A stretch of DNA of 39,807 bases from positions 1-39,807 of the IMG/VR virus record IMGVR_UViG_3300012816_000022. One strand, written 5' to 3'. This DNA comes from a virus (taxonomy: Duplodnaviria > Caudoviricetes). The translations under genes were made by a program, and so were the position numbers. The notes below the pieces were generated by a model. That model was given only the letters and a program-made list of their open reading frames with translations. It searched no databases and had not been told where the DNA came from. Each line of letters starts with the position of its first letter. The stretch's first letter is position 1. This document shows positions 26,710 through 36,088 of the stretch, piece by piece.

Positions 26710-27234
26710 CTAGCGACTGATGGCGGTGATCTTCCCCTGATCCAAGTAGACATACTTTATAGGTGCATGCTGAGCGTACACATACTGCTTGCGAACGCCA
26801 TACTGAGTCTCAGTCTCATTGATCTGAAGGTGATCCCAGTCCCTTGCGAACATCGTGCAGTTCAGGAACTGATCCTCTGACATGCCCACGCGCGGCTGAG
26901 GTTGTACCCCCTGAGCGCACCGTGTTGAATCGCCCCTTCGGCTAAGCGTATCGGCTTTCTCAAGGAGCTGGCGCCGCTCAACGTTTGTCTGAATTTTCTT
27001 CTGCATCTCCGGCTGCGCCATTTGATTCTCAAATGAACGGGCGACATCTGCGGCGCTCATCACACCAGGGGGCTTGGCAGCGGTTGACTCGTTAGGAGCT
27101 TTAAGGTTCTTGGCGCCGTCAGCGCAAGGTGCATCCTGGAACACAACCTTGCCATCAGAGCCTGCACACTTGTTGACCGCCCATGTCGGCAAAGAAAGCA
27201 ACAAAGCGGCGAGAAACATCGTCTGCTTGAGCAT
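26710..27234 (-). CDS. Secreted DUF4124-like protein (moron behind repressor)
   Basis: Signal peptide MLKQTMFLAALLLSLPTWA; VNKCAGSDGKVVFQDAPC is DUF4124-like; C-term VGMSEDQ...QYVY...YVYLDQGKITAI. Confidence 0.72.
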   Translation of the reverse strand: MLKQTMFLAALLLSLPTWAVNKCAGSDGKVVFQDAPCADGAKNLKAPNESTAAKPPGVMSAADVARSFENQMAQPEMQKKIQTNVERRQLLEKADTLSRRGDSTRCAQGVQPQPRVGMSEDQFLNCTMFARDWDHLQINETETQYGVRKQYVYAQHAPIKYVYLDQGKITAISR

Positions 27235-27248
27235 GGCGCTCCCCCTTT

Positions 27249-27953
27249 TCAATTGAACGTGACGCCGCCCCAACGGACCCGGCCTAATACCGAAAAGTCG
27301 CGGTGCGATTCTGCATCCGAGCCTTCTATTTCAAAGGGCGAATATTCTGGGTTTGAACTACTGACCCTCAGTACTTTTCCAGGCAAGCGCTGCAGTTGCT
27401 TCAGCATCAACGCACCATCGAGACGGATTGCGTGAATGCCTTCGGTCAGTACATCCTTGGCACGAAGATCAAGCATCGTGGTGTCTCTAGACCGCAGCAA
27501 CGGTTCCATTGAGTTGCCAATCACAGAAACCAACGCCAATTCGTTGTGAGCAATGCCGAGGTCCTGGCGGATGAACTTGGCGTCAAAGGGGCGCATTGCA
27601 ACAACGCGCTCAACGTCGCAGAACACACCGTTACCTGCCGACAACGCCACGTCGAAATGCGGGACGTAGATGTACTCACCAACTTCGACTGCCTGAACGC
27701 TGCGTTCGATCTTGTCGGACTTCACCTGACCCGTCAGCAGCCACTCGGCGGGACACTTACCTATCTCGGCCATCCGCAAGAGCGCAAATGCATCAGGGAT
27801 CGTTATGCCGCGCTCAAATTTCCCAATGGTGTTGACATGAAGGTCAAGGCGGCGCGCGAACTCCTCACGAGTGAAGCCAGCTCGGCACGACCTGATTCGC
27901 TCGCCAAGTGAAGCCGCATACGCATCGCGCAGTTCGTTGCTCGGTCTGTCCAT
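27249..27953 (-). CDS. cI: CI-like repressor (XRE HTH + S24 peptidase)
   Basis: LGERIR...TREEFARRLDLHVNTIGKFERG HTH; LSAGNG cleavage site, GNSMEP Ser and MLKQL Lys. Confidence 0.92.
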   Translation of the reverse strand: MDRPSNELRDAYAASLGERIRSCRAGFTREEFARRLDLHVNTIGKFERGITIPDAFALLRMAEIGKCPAEWLLTGQVKSDKIERSVQAVEVGEYIYVPHFDVALSAGNGVFCDVERVVAMRPFDAKFIRQDLGIAHNELALVSVIGNSMEPLLRSRDTTMLDLRAKDVLTEGIHAIRLDGALMLKQLQRLPGKVLRVSSSNPEYSPFEIEGSDAESHRDFSVLGRVRWGGVTFN

Positions 27954-27981
27954 GATCTCAACACCACGCTGAGCGGGGTGA

Positions 27982-28164
27982 ACATTTTAGTGTGTCCATG
28001 AACACATTAAAGCATGCGCGAGATAAAACGGAAACACCCGATACCACCTATATCGCCTGATGGCAACTCGAGGCCACACTCAAACACACTCTTTTATGTG
28101 TTGAAAAAGCTTGCGAGAACATTTTTTTGTGTTTACCATCATTACCATGGACACACAAAAATGT
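27982..28164. promoter_or_regulatory. Divergent cI/ner control region with operator repeats and early promoter
   Basis: ATGGACACAC(T/A)AAAATGT at 27982-27999 (minus) and 28147-28164 (plus), 17/18 identical; related copy near 28118-28139; TTGCGA-N17-TACCAT at 28111-28139. Confidence 0.65.
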
Positions 28165-28452
28165 ATGCAGCAGACAGATTGGCATCCTGCGGATGTCAAG
28201 GCCGCACTCGAAAAGAAAGGTGTAAGCCTTCGTCAGCTTGCTAAGGAGCATGGCTACTCACACTTTCAGCGCGTCCTGACGACCCACTGGTGGGCTGTTG
28301 AACAGATCGTTGCCAATGCTCTTGGCAAGCCTGCGCAGGAAATCTGGCCGTCCAGATACATGACCACGCGAGCAAAGGCTCAGGCACGGACTGTCAAGAT
28401 CACTGTGACCCGCTCAGGGCGCATCCGCAAGCAGCAGGAGCCACGCACATGA
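28147..28452 (+). CDS. ner: Ner-like transcriptional regulator
   Basis: DWHPADVKAALEKKGVSLRQLA...EQIVANALGKPAQEIWPSRY; start 28147 or 28165. Confidence 0.9.
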   Translation: MDTQKCMQQTDWHPADVKAALEKKGVSLRQLAKEHGYSHFQRVLTTHWWAVEQIVANALGKPAQEIWPSRYMTTRAKAQARTVKITVTRSGRIRKQQEPRT

Positions 28453-30659
28453 CTTGGCTCACCGCACGAGAAATTGCAGGCCTGCCGGGCATGCCCAGCA
28501 CGGAGTTCCGCACTCGCGAGAAGCTCGAAAAGCTAGGCATACCGAGCCAGCCTCGCGCAGGCAGGGTCGGCGGCGGACTCGAATACGAAGCCACTGCACT
28601 GCCAGCTGAGACCCGCGCGGCTATTGCAGCCCGCACGGTCGCCAAGGCTGCAACCACGGCTCTGGCCCAGGTTGATCCCGCTCCAGTGGTGTCGTTCGCC
28701 CCGCCCGAGAAGCCACTGCCCGCACCTCTGGCCCCCATGCCAGAGCCCACACGACGCCCGCCCAGCCTGACCGATAAGGCTACGGCTGACGCCCGCATGC
28801 TGCTGGTGAACATGGTGCTGGACTTGGAGCCCGTGCACGGTATCAAGCGCGCCTGCAACCTGGTGGCCCTTCAGCTCGCCAGCGGCCAGGCCAGCGCCGA
28901 GCTGCAGGCCACTGCGCGCAAGGCCAACCAGCGCGCCCGAGCTGACCAGGTCAGCGCCCGCACGTTGGAGCGGTACCTGGGCATTTACCGCGCCGAGGGC
29001 TGGTGGGGCCTGCTGCCCGCACCAGCACCAGAGCCAGCTCTCCAAGACGTGGAGCAGGACGTGGCCGCAGTGCTGGGCCTGTTCCACAGCCGGGACGCTC
29101 GGTTCCGCAAGCTCACAGGCGCAGCCAAGGAAGTGACCCGCCAGCTCGGCCGGGACTTTGATACGTGGAAGGCCCTGTACGCCCGGGCACGCCGTGCCCT
29201 GGACAAGTTCGGTAAGAGCCACCAGGCCAACACCGCTCTGATCAAGGCCCGCTTCGCACCCGGTGCGCAGCGCGACGCACAACTGCCCTTCAAATGGCGC
29301 GACACCTCGGTCCTGAAGGCCAACGATGTCGCCCTGATTGACGGCCACACGTTTAAAGCCAAGGTGCGCCACCCAGATCACGGGGCACCGTTCGCCCCCG
29401 AGCTGACCGTGACTCTGGATGCCAAGACCCGGATGGTCACGGGCTGGTCGGTGAACCTGTCGGAGAACGTGCGTGCGGTGGGCGATGCCTTGCGGCATGC
29501 AGTAGGCCAGTGGGGTGTGCCCGCCATCCTCTACGGCGACAACGGCGCAGGTGAAACAGCCAAGCAGATGGATTGCCCGATTGATGGGTTCTGCGCTCGG
29601 CTGGGCATCGACCACCGCACCGGTATCGCGGGCAAGCCGCAAGGCCACGGGGGCATTGAGCGCCTGTGGCAAACGGTGGGTATCAACTGCGCCCGCAACT
29701 TCGCCACCTACCAGGGCAAGGACGTTGATGGCGGCACCTTCCGCAAGGTAGCGGCCGAGCTGCAGAAAGAGCAGCGCGCCGTGCGCCGCGCTCAGCAGTC
29801 GGGCGAGGTGGTGGTGCTCAGCGCGAAGGTGCCCACGTGGCAGCAGTTCATCGACGCCGTCGAGAAGGCTGTGCATGAGTACAACCATGAGCACCGGCAT
29901 CGCACATTGCCCAAGCGCGCCGACGGTAAGCACATGACCCCCGCCGAGGCATGGGCCGCTGAGTACAAGGTCGAAGAGCAGGAGCTGCTCACCCAGCTTG
30001 AGCTGCGCATGATGTTCATGCCCGCAGTGCTGCGCACCGCCAAGCGCGGTCAGGTGACCTTCTTCAACCAGACCTATGCAGCGCCCGAGCTGATGCGCCG
30101 CGATGTGGATGGCCGCGAGGTCAGCGTGCGCTACGACATCCACGACCCGAGCTTTGTGCTGGTCTACACGCTGGACGGTGACTACGTCTGCGAGGCCAAG
30201 TACGAAGCCAGCCGCCGCGACTTCTTCCCAACGCCCGTGATTGACATGGCCCGGGAGAAGCGCGTGAAGGCCGCCGTCAAGCGCCGTGAGCAGCAGATCG
30301 ACCTCGCATTGCGCGAGCTGCAGACCACGGTGCAACCCGCCCAGTTTTCCCTGCCGGAGCCCAGCACGCCATTCGTGGTCGTGCCCTCCACCCCGGAGGT
30401 TTTCTCCTCCCTCCCTCCCTGTTCTTCCTCCGAGGGCGAGGCCGTGCAAGCGGCTTCGGGCAGGCCTTTCTTTGACACGTCCAGCGACCGCTACGAGTGG
30501 CTCATGGCGCACCGCGACCAGTGGGGCGCGAGCGACGAGCAATGGCTGCGCCAGTACGTGAAAAGCGAGGGGTATGAGGGCCTGGCCGACTACTACACGG
30601 CGCGGGGCCTGGGCTGGGATGACGCGGACGAGCAGTCCGGTTTTAAGAGTGCCCTGTGA
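28449..30659 (+). CDS. MuA-like DDE transposase
   Basis: N-term Mu DNA-binding domain WLTAREIAGLPGMP; LIDGHT, YGDNGAG, GGIERLW catalytic residues; VRYDIHD C-terminal domain. Confidence 0.96.
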   Translation: MTWLTAREIAGLPGMPSTEFRTREKLEKLGIPSQPRAGRVGGGLEYEATALPAETRAAIAARTVAKAATTALAQVDPAPVVSFAPPEKPLPAPLAPMPEPTRRPPSLTDKATADARMLLVNMVLDLEPVHGIKRACNLVALQLASGQASAELQATARKANQRARADQVSARTLERYLGIYRAEGWWGLLPAPAPEPALQDVEQDVAAVLGLFHSRDARFRKLTGAAKEVTRQLGRDFDTWKALYARARRALDKFGKSHQANTALIKARFAPGAQRDAQLPFKWRDTSVLKANDVALIDGHTFKAKVRHPDHGAPFAPELTVTLDAKTRMVTGWSVNLSENVRAVGDALRHAVGQWGVPAILYGDNGAGETAKQMDCPIDGFCARLGIDHRTGIAGKPQGHGGIERLWQTVGINCARNFATYQGKDVDGGTFRKVAAELQKEQRAVRRAQQSGEVVVLSAKVPTWQQFIDAVEKAVHEYNHEHRHRTLPKRADGKHMTPAEAWAAEYKVEEQELLTQLELRMMFMPAVLRTAKRGQVTFFNQTYAAPELMRRDVDGREVSVRYDIHDPSFVLVYTLDGDYVCEAKYEASRRDFFPTPVIDMAREKRVKAAVKRREQQIDLALRELQTTVQPAQFSLPEPSTPFVVVPSTPEVFSSLPPCSSSEGEAVQAASGRPFFDTSSDRYEWLMAHRDQWGASDEQWLRQYVKSEGYEGLADYYTARGLGWDDADEQSGFKSAL

Positions 30660-30724
30660 CGGCGGCAACCGTCACAGAGCGTGCCTGAGTGATTTTGAGA
30701 GACCCAAACGAAGGGGAATGTAAG

Positions 30725-31459
30725 GTGAAAAAAGGATTCGTGCAAACCACCAACTTCCGGTTGCTCAAGGAGGCCGAGAAGATCGTTGAGCGCCGGGGCG
30801 CCCGCGAGGCCAGCCTCGTGCTGATCCAGGGCAAGTTCGGTATCGGCAAGTCCGAGATGACCGAGCGCTGGGCCAGCGAGAACGGCCATGTGTTCATCCG
30901 CGCCAAGAAGGTGTGGACACCTCGCTCCATGCTGGAAGACATCGCCGCCGAGCTGGGGGTGGCAGTACGCGGTTCTGCCAAGGACATCGAGAACCGCATT
31001 ACCCAGCACCTGGCGCAGACCATGCAGGCCCTCATCGTTGATGAAGCCGACTACCTGGCTGACATGAAGAGCGCTGCCAAGCTGGAGACCATCCGTGATA
31101 TCTCCGACGTGACCGGCACCATGGTGTTCCTGGTCGGCATGCAGGACTTCCCGGCCATCGTGCAGCGGTACGAGCACATCGCCAGCCGCGTGGCGCGCAT
31201 CGTTCAACTGCACCCACTGAGCCTGGCAGACGTGCAGGCGACCTGCAAGGCCAAGGCCGAGGTGGCGCTCTCGCCCGCCCTGGTGGAACAAATCCACCGC
31301 GACAGCAAGGGCCGCATGCGTCATGTGCTCAATGCCATCGCCAACATCGAGGTGTGGGCCGAGACCAATAGCTGGACAGAGGTGGATGTGGCCCACGTGA
31401 AGGGCAAGCCCCTGTGCACGGACTTCACCGGCCACATCGCGGCCAACAAGGGGGTGTGA
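30725..31459 (+). CDS. MuB-like AAA+ transposition ATPase
   Basis: GTG 30725 with RBS; Walker A GKFGIGKS, Walker B LIVDEAD, IASRV Arg finger. Confidence 0.92.
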   Translation: MKKGFVQTTNFRLLKEAEKIVERRGAREASLVLIQGKFGIGKSEMTERWASENGHVFIRAKKVWTPRSMLEDIAAELGVAVRGSAKDIENRITQHLAQTMQALIVDEADYLADMKSAAKLETIRDISDVTGTMVFLVGMQDFPAIVQRYEHIASRVARIVQLHPLSLADVQATCKAKAEVALSPALVEQIHRDSKGRMRHVLNAIANIEVWAETNSWTEVDVAHVKGKPLCTDFTGHIAANKGV

Positions 31460-32118
31460 TGGCCTTCTTGCAATGGTTCTTCCTCCCAGCGCTGGCGGCC
31501 ATCGGCGCCAACGTCAATCGCACCACTCAGGCGATCACCGCCGCTGAGGTCAGCCAATGGGCCACCAGCGATCACTTGCACTATCCCGTAGGCATCGCTG
31601 ACCTGGCTCTTTCATCCCTTCAGAAGCAGGGATATGTGGAATCGCGGGCTTTGAAGCCTCACAGGTCGCGTAGCCCCCGGCTGTGGTTCGCCACAGCGAC
31701 GGGGCTGCAAGTCGCCCAGGCAGCAGTGCAAGCGATGCCAGGCGCCACGCCGGACCTACAAGCTTTACCCACCCGTGTATGGAACCTGCTGCGCATCCGC
31801 CGCCGCCTGACAGCAGTCGAAGCGGCGGAGACGCTGATCGACGCAGACGACAACTTTGAAGCTCAGACCAAACGCATCGGTGCGCTGCTCTTGGCCTGGA
31901 CAAAGCATCCCACCTCTGCGGTTGTGACCGGCCAAAAGCGGGAGGCAGGTGGGCGCGTCCGCTACGTCCTGGTCAAAGACCTGGGGCGCTGGCCCCCACC
32001 AACCAAACCCGGGCAGATACACCCCAGCCAGTTGCCAAACGCGAGTGCAGTGCCTGCACGCTATCGCAAAGCCGCGAACGCCGTCGCCAGTGACTCCGAA
32101 GGGTGCTCCGACCAATGA
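31459..32118 (+). CDS. Hypothetical early protein (winged-helix-like)
   Basis: ATG overlaps B stop; RVWNLLRIRRRLT and RYVLVKDLG motifs; usual position after B. Confidence 0.65.
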   Translation: MAFLQWFFLPALAAIGANVNRTTQAITAAEVSQWATSDHLHYPVGIADLALSSLQKQGYVESRALKPHRSRSPRLWFATATGLQVAQAAVQAMPGATPDLQALPTRVWNLLRIRRRLTAVEAAETLIDADDNFEAQTKRIGALLLAWTKHPTSAVVTGQKREAGGRVRYVLVKDLGRWPPPTKPGQIHPSQLPNASAVPARYRKAANAVASDSEGCSDQ

Positions 32119-32546
32119 AGCCACCGTATATGAGCGAGTCATGGTTTGAACTGCTGCAGCAGCGCACCGAGGGACAGCAACGCACCCAGGTGGCAAAGAC
32201 GCTCGGCATCAGCCCGGCCACCTTGAGCCAGGTCCTCAACGGCAGCGGGGAATACGGCAAGGGCACGGCCAGCACGGCGCGCGTGGCCGACAAGGTGGTT
32301 CACACCTTCGGCCGCTACGCGTGTCCGCACCTGACCGAGGAGGCAGGAGGCGTGTCCCAAGAGGTCACAGCCGATCAATGCCGGGCACATGCACATCGCA
32401 GCGCGCCGTCAACCCCGAGGGACATGCGGCATTGGCAGGCCTGCAACCAGTGCCCCCACAAGGCCGCCAGCGCGCCACCCGTGGCGCGTGCGGTCCAACC
32501 GCGCAGCAAGGTCATTCCCATCCCGGTCCCGCAGGAGGCCCCATGA
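32115..32546 (+). CDS. XRE-HTH protein with Cys-rich C-terminus
   Basis: RTQVAKTLGISPATLSQVLNG; CPHL...QCR...WQACNQCPH. Confidence 0.75.
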   Translation: MKPPYMSESWFELLQQRTEGQQRTQVAKTLGISPATLSQVLNGSGEYGKGTASTARVADKVVHTFGRYACPHLTEEAGGVSQEVTADQCRAHAHRSAPSTPRDMRHWQACNQCPHKAASAPPVARAVQPRSKVIPIPVPQEAP

Positions 32547-32770
32547 ACGTTTTAAAGACCATCGCCATTGGCGGCCCCGTGGGTTTGGCGCACGCGGTGC
32601 GCGAAGCCTGGGTGGCCCGCCGCATCCGTCGCATTGCGATCTACATGGACCGCGAGCGCGCACTGCACCGTGAGCACATGGCCCAGCTCCGCGCCGAGCT
32701 GGATGCGCTCCAGGCCCAGCAGATCAGCAGCACGGCCCGCGCTACCAGCTTCTGGAAAGGGCTGTCATGA
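32543..32770 (+). CDS. Hypothetical early protein (75 aa)
   Basis: ATGA overlap, RBS GGAGG. Confidence 0.65.
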   Translation: MNVLKTIAIGGPVGLAHAVREAWVARRIRRIAIYMDRERALHREHMAQLRAELDALQAQQISSTARATSFWKGLS

Positions 32771-32949
32771 GCACCGCTCCGAACTATCAGCGTCCGCCGC
32801 TTCGCTGGATCACCCGCCGTGCACGCTGCCTGCAGAACGGCTTCGGCATCAACCGCCGCGAGGCACTGCGCTTCGCCGTCATCGACTACGCCTGGTTCCA
32901 GGGCATGCGTGGGCTCACGGTGGTCCAGGGAGGGCGCAGCCATGGCTAA
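32767..32949 (+). CDS. Hypothetical early protein (60 aa)
   Basis: ATGA overlap chain. Confidence 0.6.
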   Translation: MSTAPNYQRPPLRWITRRARCLQNGFGINRREALRFAVIDYAWFQGMRGLTVVQGGRSHG

Positions 32950-33361
32950 GGGACTGACTCTTGATTGCGCAGCGCTGTGGGCCTTCATCCGCAAGGATGG
33001 TGGCTGGTGGAGCGTGCTGCGCCTGACTAGCCATTGGAGCCCCACCTACAGCCTGGCTGAGGTGGAGGAGTGCCTCGCCACGCTGCACAAAGGCGGGTTC
33101 CTGGAGTGCCAGACCCTGCACCGCGCTGGCACCGTCTACGCCGTCACTCCAATGTGCCTGCCGCTGCCTGGCGCCACAAGTGCCACCAGCACACAACACG
33201 CAGACACAGGCCCTACGGCCGCGCCTACGCGTCCCGATGCCATGCGAGGGGCCTATGTGCCGCCACCTATGCCCGCCGCCCGCCGGGGCGCACTGGATCA
33301 CACCAACTGCCCAAGTCTCATGCAGGGCAAACGCAATGCCTACAGGAGCACCGCCGGATAA
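32942..33361 (+). CDS. Hypothetical early protein (winged-helix-like N-terminus)
   Basis: RBS GGAGG, ATG 32942 MAKGLTLDCAALW... Confidence 0.65.
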   Translation: MAKGLTLDCAALWAFIRKDGGWWSVLRLTSHWSPTYSLAEVEECLATLHKGGFLECQTLHRAGTVYAVTPMCLPLPGATSATSTQHADTGPTAAPTRPDAMRGAYVPPPMPAARRGALDHTNCPSLMQGKRNAYRSTAG

Positions 33362-33405
33362 AGGCACGCCCATCCACTGATCACCGACCAAGGAGAGAAA
33401 AAACC

Positions 33406-34020
33406 ATGACAGAGAAAACCATCCCCAACGGCTACTGGGAAGACGCCAACGGCGCCCTGATCCCCGTGTCCAAGATCAAGGACATCGACAAGGACCGCCA
33501 CCGCACTGTGTCCGACCTGTGTCAAGCCGCCGCCAAACAGCACGCCGAGCTGGCCCGCTTTAAAGCTGCCGCCATGGCCGAAGTCAGCGACTTCATTGAC
33601 CGAAGCCTGGCCCAGTACGAGGTGCAACACGGTGGCAAGAAGGGCAACGTGACGCTGATCTCCTTTGATGGCCGCTACAAGGTGGTGCGCCAGATCCAGG
33701 AGAGCCTGGTGTTCGATGAGCGCCTCATGGCGGCCAAAGCCCTAATTGATGAGTGCATCCAGGTGTGGAGCAAGGGCAGCAACGCCCACATCAAACTCCT
33801 GGTCAACGATGCGTTCCAGGTCGACCAGGCCGGGAAGATCAACACCGGCCGTGTCTTGGGCCTGCGCCGCGCCAAGATCGACGACGAGAAGTGGCAGCGC
33901 GCCATGGCCGCCATCGGCGACAGCATTCAGGTGGCTGGCAGCAAGCCCTATATCCGCTTCTACGAGCGCGATGCCAACGGTGTCTATCAGGCCATCAACC
34001 TGGACATGGCAGCCGTATGA
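33406..34020 (+). CDS. DUF3164-family protein
   Basis: GYWEDANGALIP...GGKKGNVTLISFDGRYKV...FDERLMAAKALIDEC...SKPYIRFYER; strong RBS AAGGAG. Confidence 0.85.
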   Translation: MTEKTIPNGYWEDANGALIPVSKIKDIDKDRHRTVSDLCQAAAKQHAELARFKAAAMAEVSDFIDRSLAQYEVQHGGKKGNVTLISFDGRYKVVRQIQESLVFDERLMAAKALIDECIQVWSKGSNAHIKLLVNDAFQVDQAGKINTGRVLGLRRAKIDDEKWQRAMAAIGDSIQVAGSKPYIRFYERDANGVYQAINLDMAAV

Positions 34021-34331
34021 ACCAACGTACCAAGCCCACCCCCGAGGTCATCGAGGTCGAGATCGAGCGCTTGAAGGCCGTGCAACCGTTGGTGCCCACC
34101 CACTCGTTCTTTGGCGATGACAACCGCGCGGCCATCACGGCGCAGATCAGAGTGCTGCAAGAGCGCATGTCGCTGGATGAGGTTCACGAAGCCTTCGGCG
34201 AATTGAGCGATGCGGGCGACTTCAGCCAGAACACGCTGGACTGTGCCTTGACAGCCCATGACTGGATGCAGGGCCTCTTGGCCGACGACGAATCACCACC
34301 TGCGTTTGGCTGGGAGGGCATCGCCCGATGA
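34017..34331 (+). CDS. Hypothetical early protein (104 aa)
   Basis: ATGA overlap; MNQRTKPTPEVIEVEIERL... Confidence 0.65.
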   Translation: MNQRTKPTPEVIEVEIERLKAVQPLVPTHSFFGDDNRAAITAQIRVLQERMSLDEVHEAFGELSDAGDFSQNTLDCALTAHDWMQGLLADDESPPAFGWEGIAR

Positions 34332-34504
34332 GTGCATCCCCACGCATTGTCTGTGTGTGCTGCCAGGTCAATGAAGTGGCTTGGTACGAGCTGACCTGTG
34401 ACGCCTGCCGTCCCGCACTTGAGGCTGCAGGCCTCCTTGACCCAGCACCTACCGACGACGAGCCTGCCGATCAGCGTATCCAGATCGGCCCCACTGATAT
34501 TTAA
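34328..34504 (+). CDS. 58-aa CxxC...CxxC zinc-finger-like protein
   Basis: Read manually: MSASPRIVCVCCQVNEVAWYELTCDACRP...; RBS GGAGG, ATGA overlap. Confidence 0.6.
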   Translation: MSASPRIVCVCCQVNEVAWYELTCDACRPALEAAGLLDPAPTDDEPADQRIQIGPTDI

Positions 34505-34514
34505 AGCAGCCAAC

Positions 34515-34796
34515 ATGCAACAACTTGAAATGCTCTCCGCAGGCCTTGGTTTGTTGGGTGCCCTCCTGCTCGCCACCAAAAGCCGCTACTCAGGACTGGC
34601 GTTTGTGGCTTGGTTCGTCAGCAACCTGGGTTGGCTGATCTTTGGGGCACGCAACGCGCACTGGTTCTTCTTCGTCCAACAGATCGGGTTCACCATCACC
34701 TCGTTGCTCGGGATCTGGAACTGGCTGATTCAGCCCGCGATGCGTGGAGGAGCGAAGGGCCCACTTCACGGAGATCGCTCAGGAGTCAGCGAATGA
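34515..34796 (+). CDS. Three-TM membrane protein (PnuC/SemiSWEET-like half transporter)
   Basis: GLLGALLLA...FVAWFVSNLGWLIFG...QQIGFTITSLLGIWNW. Confidence 0.6.
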   Translation: MQQLEMLSAGLGLLGALLLATKSRYSGLAFVAWFVSNLGWLIFGARNAHWFFFVQQIGFTITSLLGIWNWLIQPAMRGGAKGPLHGDRSGVSE

Positions 34797-35254
34797 GACG
34801 TGCAATGTCATTGGCGCCCGGACATTCTGCGGCCAACTCCGATGCCATGCGCAGGCGGGAACTGGGTCACATTCACCAAGGAAAAGCGGCCTTGCAGTGG
34901 TCGGAAGAAGACTACCGGTTTCACCTGCGCAATCTCACCGGCAAATGCAGTGCCGCTGAGCTGGACGCTAATGGCCGTCGTGTGGTGCTTGCTCACATGG
35001 CTTCACTTGGATACACGCCCACTGCGGCCAAGTTCCGCGTGTTTGACCAGGCGGAGAAGATCAAATGGCTTTGGCGCAAGATCGGCGAGGCGGGAGGGCT
35101 GCGCGACCCTAGCCCTTCTGCGCTGCTGGCGTTCGTGGGGCGCACTACCGGCATCGGTGTAGCTGATGTGAAGTTCCTGCCCACGCTGGAAGCCTCCAAG
35201 GTCATCGAAGCTCTCAAAGCAATGCTGGACCGGGCCAAGACCGCCCGACTCTGA
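34793..35254 (+). CDS. gemA: GemA (Mu gp16, DUF1018) family protein
   Basis: LGHIHQGKAALQWSEEDYRFHL...GKCSAAEL...KIKWLW...ASKVIEALKAM. Confidence 0.85.
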   Translation: MRRAMSLAPGHSAANSDAMRRRELGHIHQGKAALQWSEEDYRFHLRNLTGKCSAAELDANGRRVVLAHMASLGYTPTAAKFRVFDQAEKIKWLWRKIGEAGGLRDPSPSALLAFVGRTTGIGVADVKFLPTLEASKVIEALKAMLDRAKTARL

Positions 35255-35259
35255 CGGCG

Positions 35260-35679
35260 ATGCGCAACATCGTTCCTGCCGTCCCCCAAGAACTGCTGCC
35301 GCCCCTATTGCAGGACTTTGAGCGTTTGATTGGCCTGGATGCCACCATGGCGCTAGTGAGGCACTCGGGAGGGCTGCGCATATATATCCCAACCCCCGCG
35401 CGAGTCACGCCTGACCATCCGTTTGCGCATGAGATTGGTCTGGACAATCTTTTAAAGCTGGCGGAGGTGTACGGTGGAGAAGCGCACTTCCAGCTCCCGA
35501 AGGCGGAGAGGGCGCTCATCCAGGTGCGCAATGCACGCATCGCCCATGCCTACTCTACCCACAAGACGGCCCGCGAACTGGCCGTGGAGTACCACCTCAC
35601 TGAGAGGCAGATTGTGCGAATCGTTGCTGAGATGGGAGTGTCAGCGCCTGGTGACCGCAGACAAGCTACCCTGTTCTGA
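35260..35679 (+). CDS. mor: Mor/C-family transcription activator
   Basis: LIGLDATMALVRHSGGLRIYIP...RNARI...ELAVEYHLTERQIVRI; follows gemA. Confidence 0.88.
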   Translation: MRNIVPAVPQELLPPLLQDFERLIGLDATMALVRHSGGLRIYIPTPARVTPDHPFAHEIGLDNLLKLAEVYGGEAHFQLPKAERALIQVRNARIAHAYSTHKTARELAVEYHLTERQIVRIVAEMGVSAPGDRRQATLF

Positions 35680-35797
35680 ACCGCCTTGTCGACGACGTAG
35701 CAGACTGCTACGTTGAACTCGATTCGTGAACTGACCAGTGGCGGCAAGAGACTCTGGATATTCTCAAGCAGCGGAGAGTTCGGCCCAATCGAGATCT

Positions 35798-36088
35798 TTA
35801 ACTTTGCAGCACTCTGACTTCTGCTGCCAATTGCTCCATTAGTTGACTAAGCGTTTCCCCCACCTCTGGCGCAAGCGGCGTGAATGATTCATTGCTCTTG
35901 TTTGAAAGCGTTTGAGCCACGTCCGCCAGTCTCAGTAGAGTCTGGACCAACACGTGATCAGCAGGCAAGTGGACTTTGTTTCGCCAATGCTCAATAGCGG
36001 GCGCCGAAAGACCAGGCAATTGGCGATTTCCGGAGTAGGTTCGATTTACCACCCCCAACGCGCAGCGTTCAGCTACGACTTTGCTCAT
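35798..36088 (-). CDS. Small helical protein, third gene of Hailong-like operon
   Basis: ATG 36088 overlaps NTase stop (ATGA); alternative TTG at 36103. Confidence 0.7.
   Translation of the reverse strand: MSKVVAERCALGVVNRTYSGNRQLPGLSAPAIEHWRNKVHLPADHVLVQTLLRLADVAQTLSNKSNESFTPLAPEVGETLSQLMEQLAAEVRVLQS

Noticed and set aside
55-26713. Many long plus-strand ORFs (e.g. 6257-8758, 16341-18392, 3782-5209, 1144-2388)
   Set aside because: Antisense shadows of GC-rich minus-strand phage genes; no motifs or RBS.
28533-30668. 711-aa minus-strand ORF
   Set aside because: Mirror frame of the transposase.
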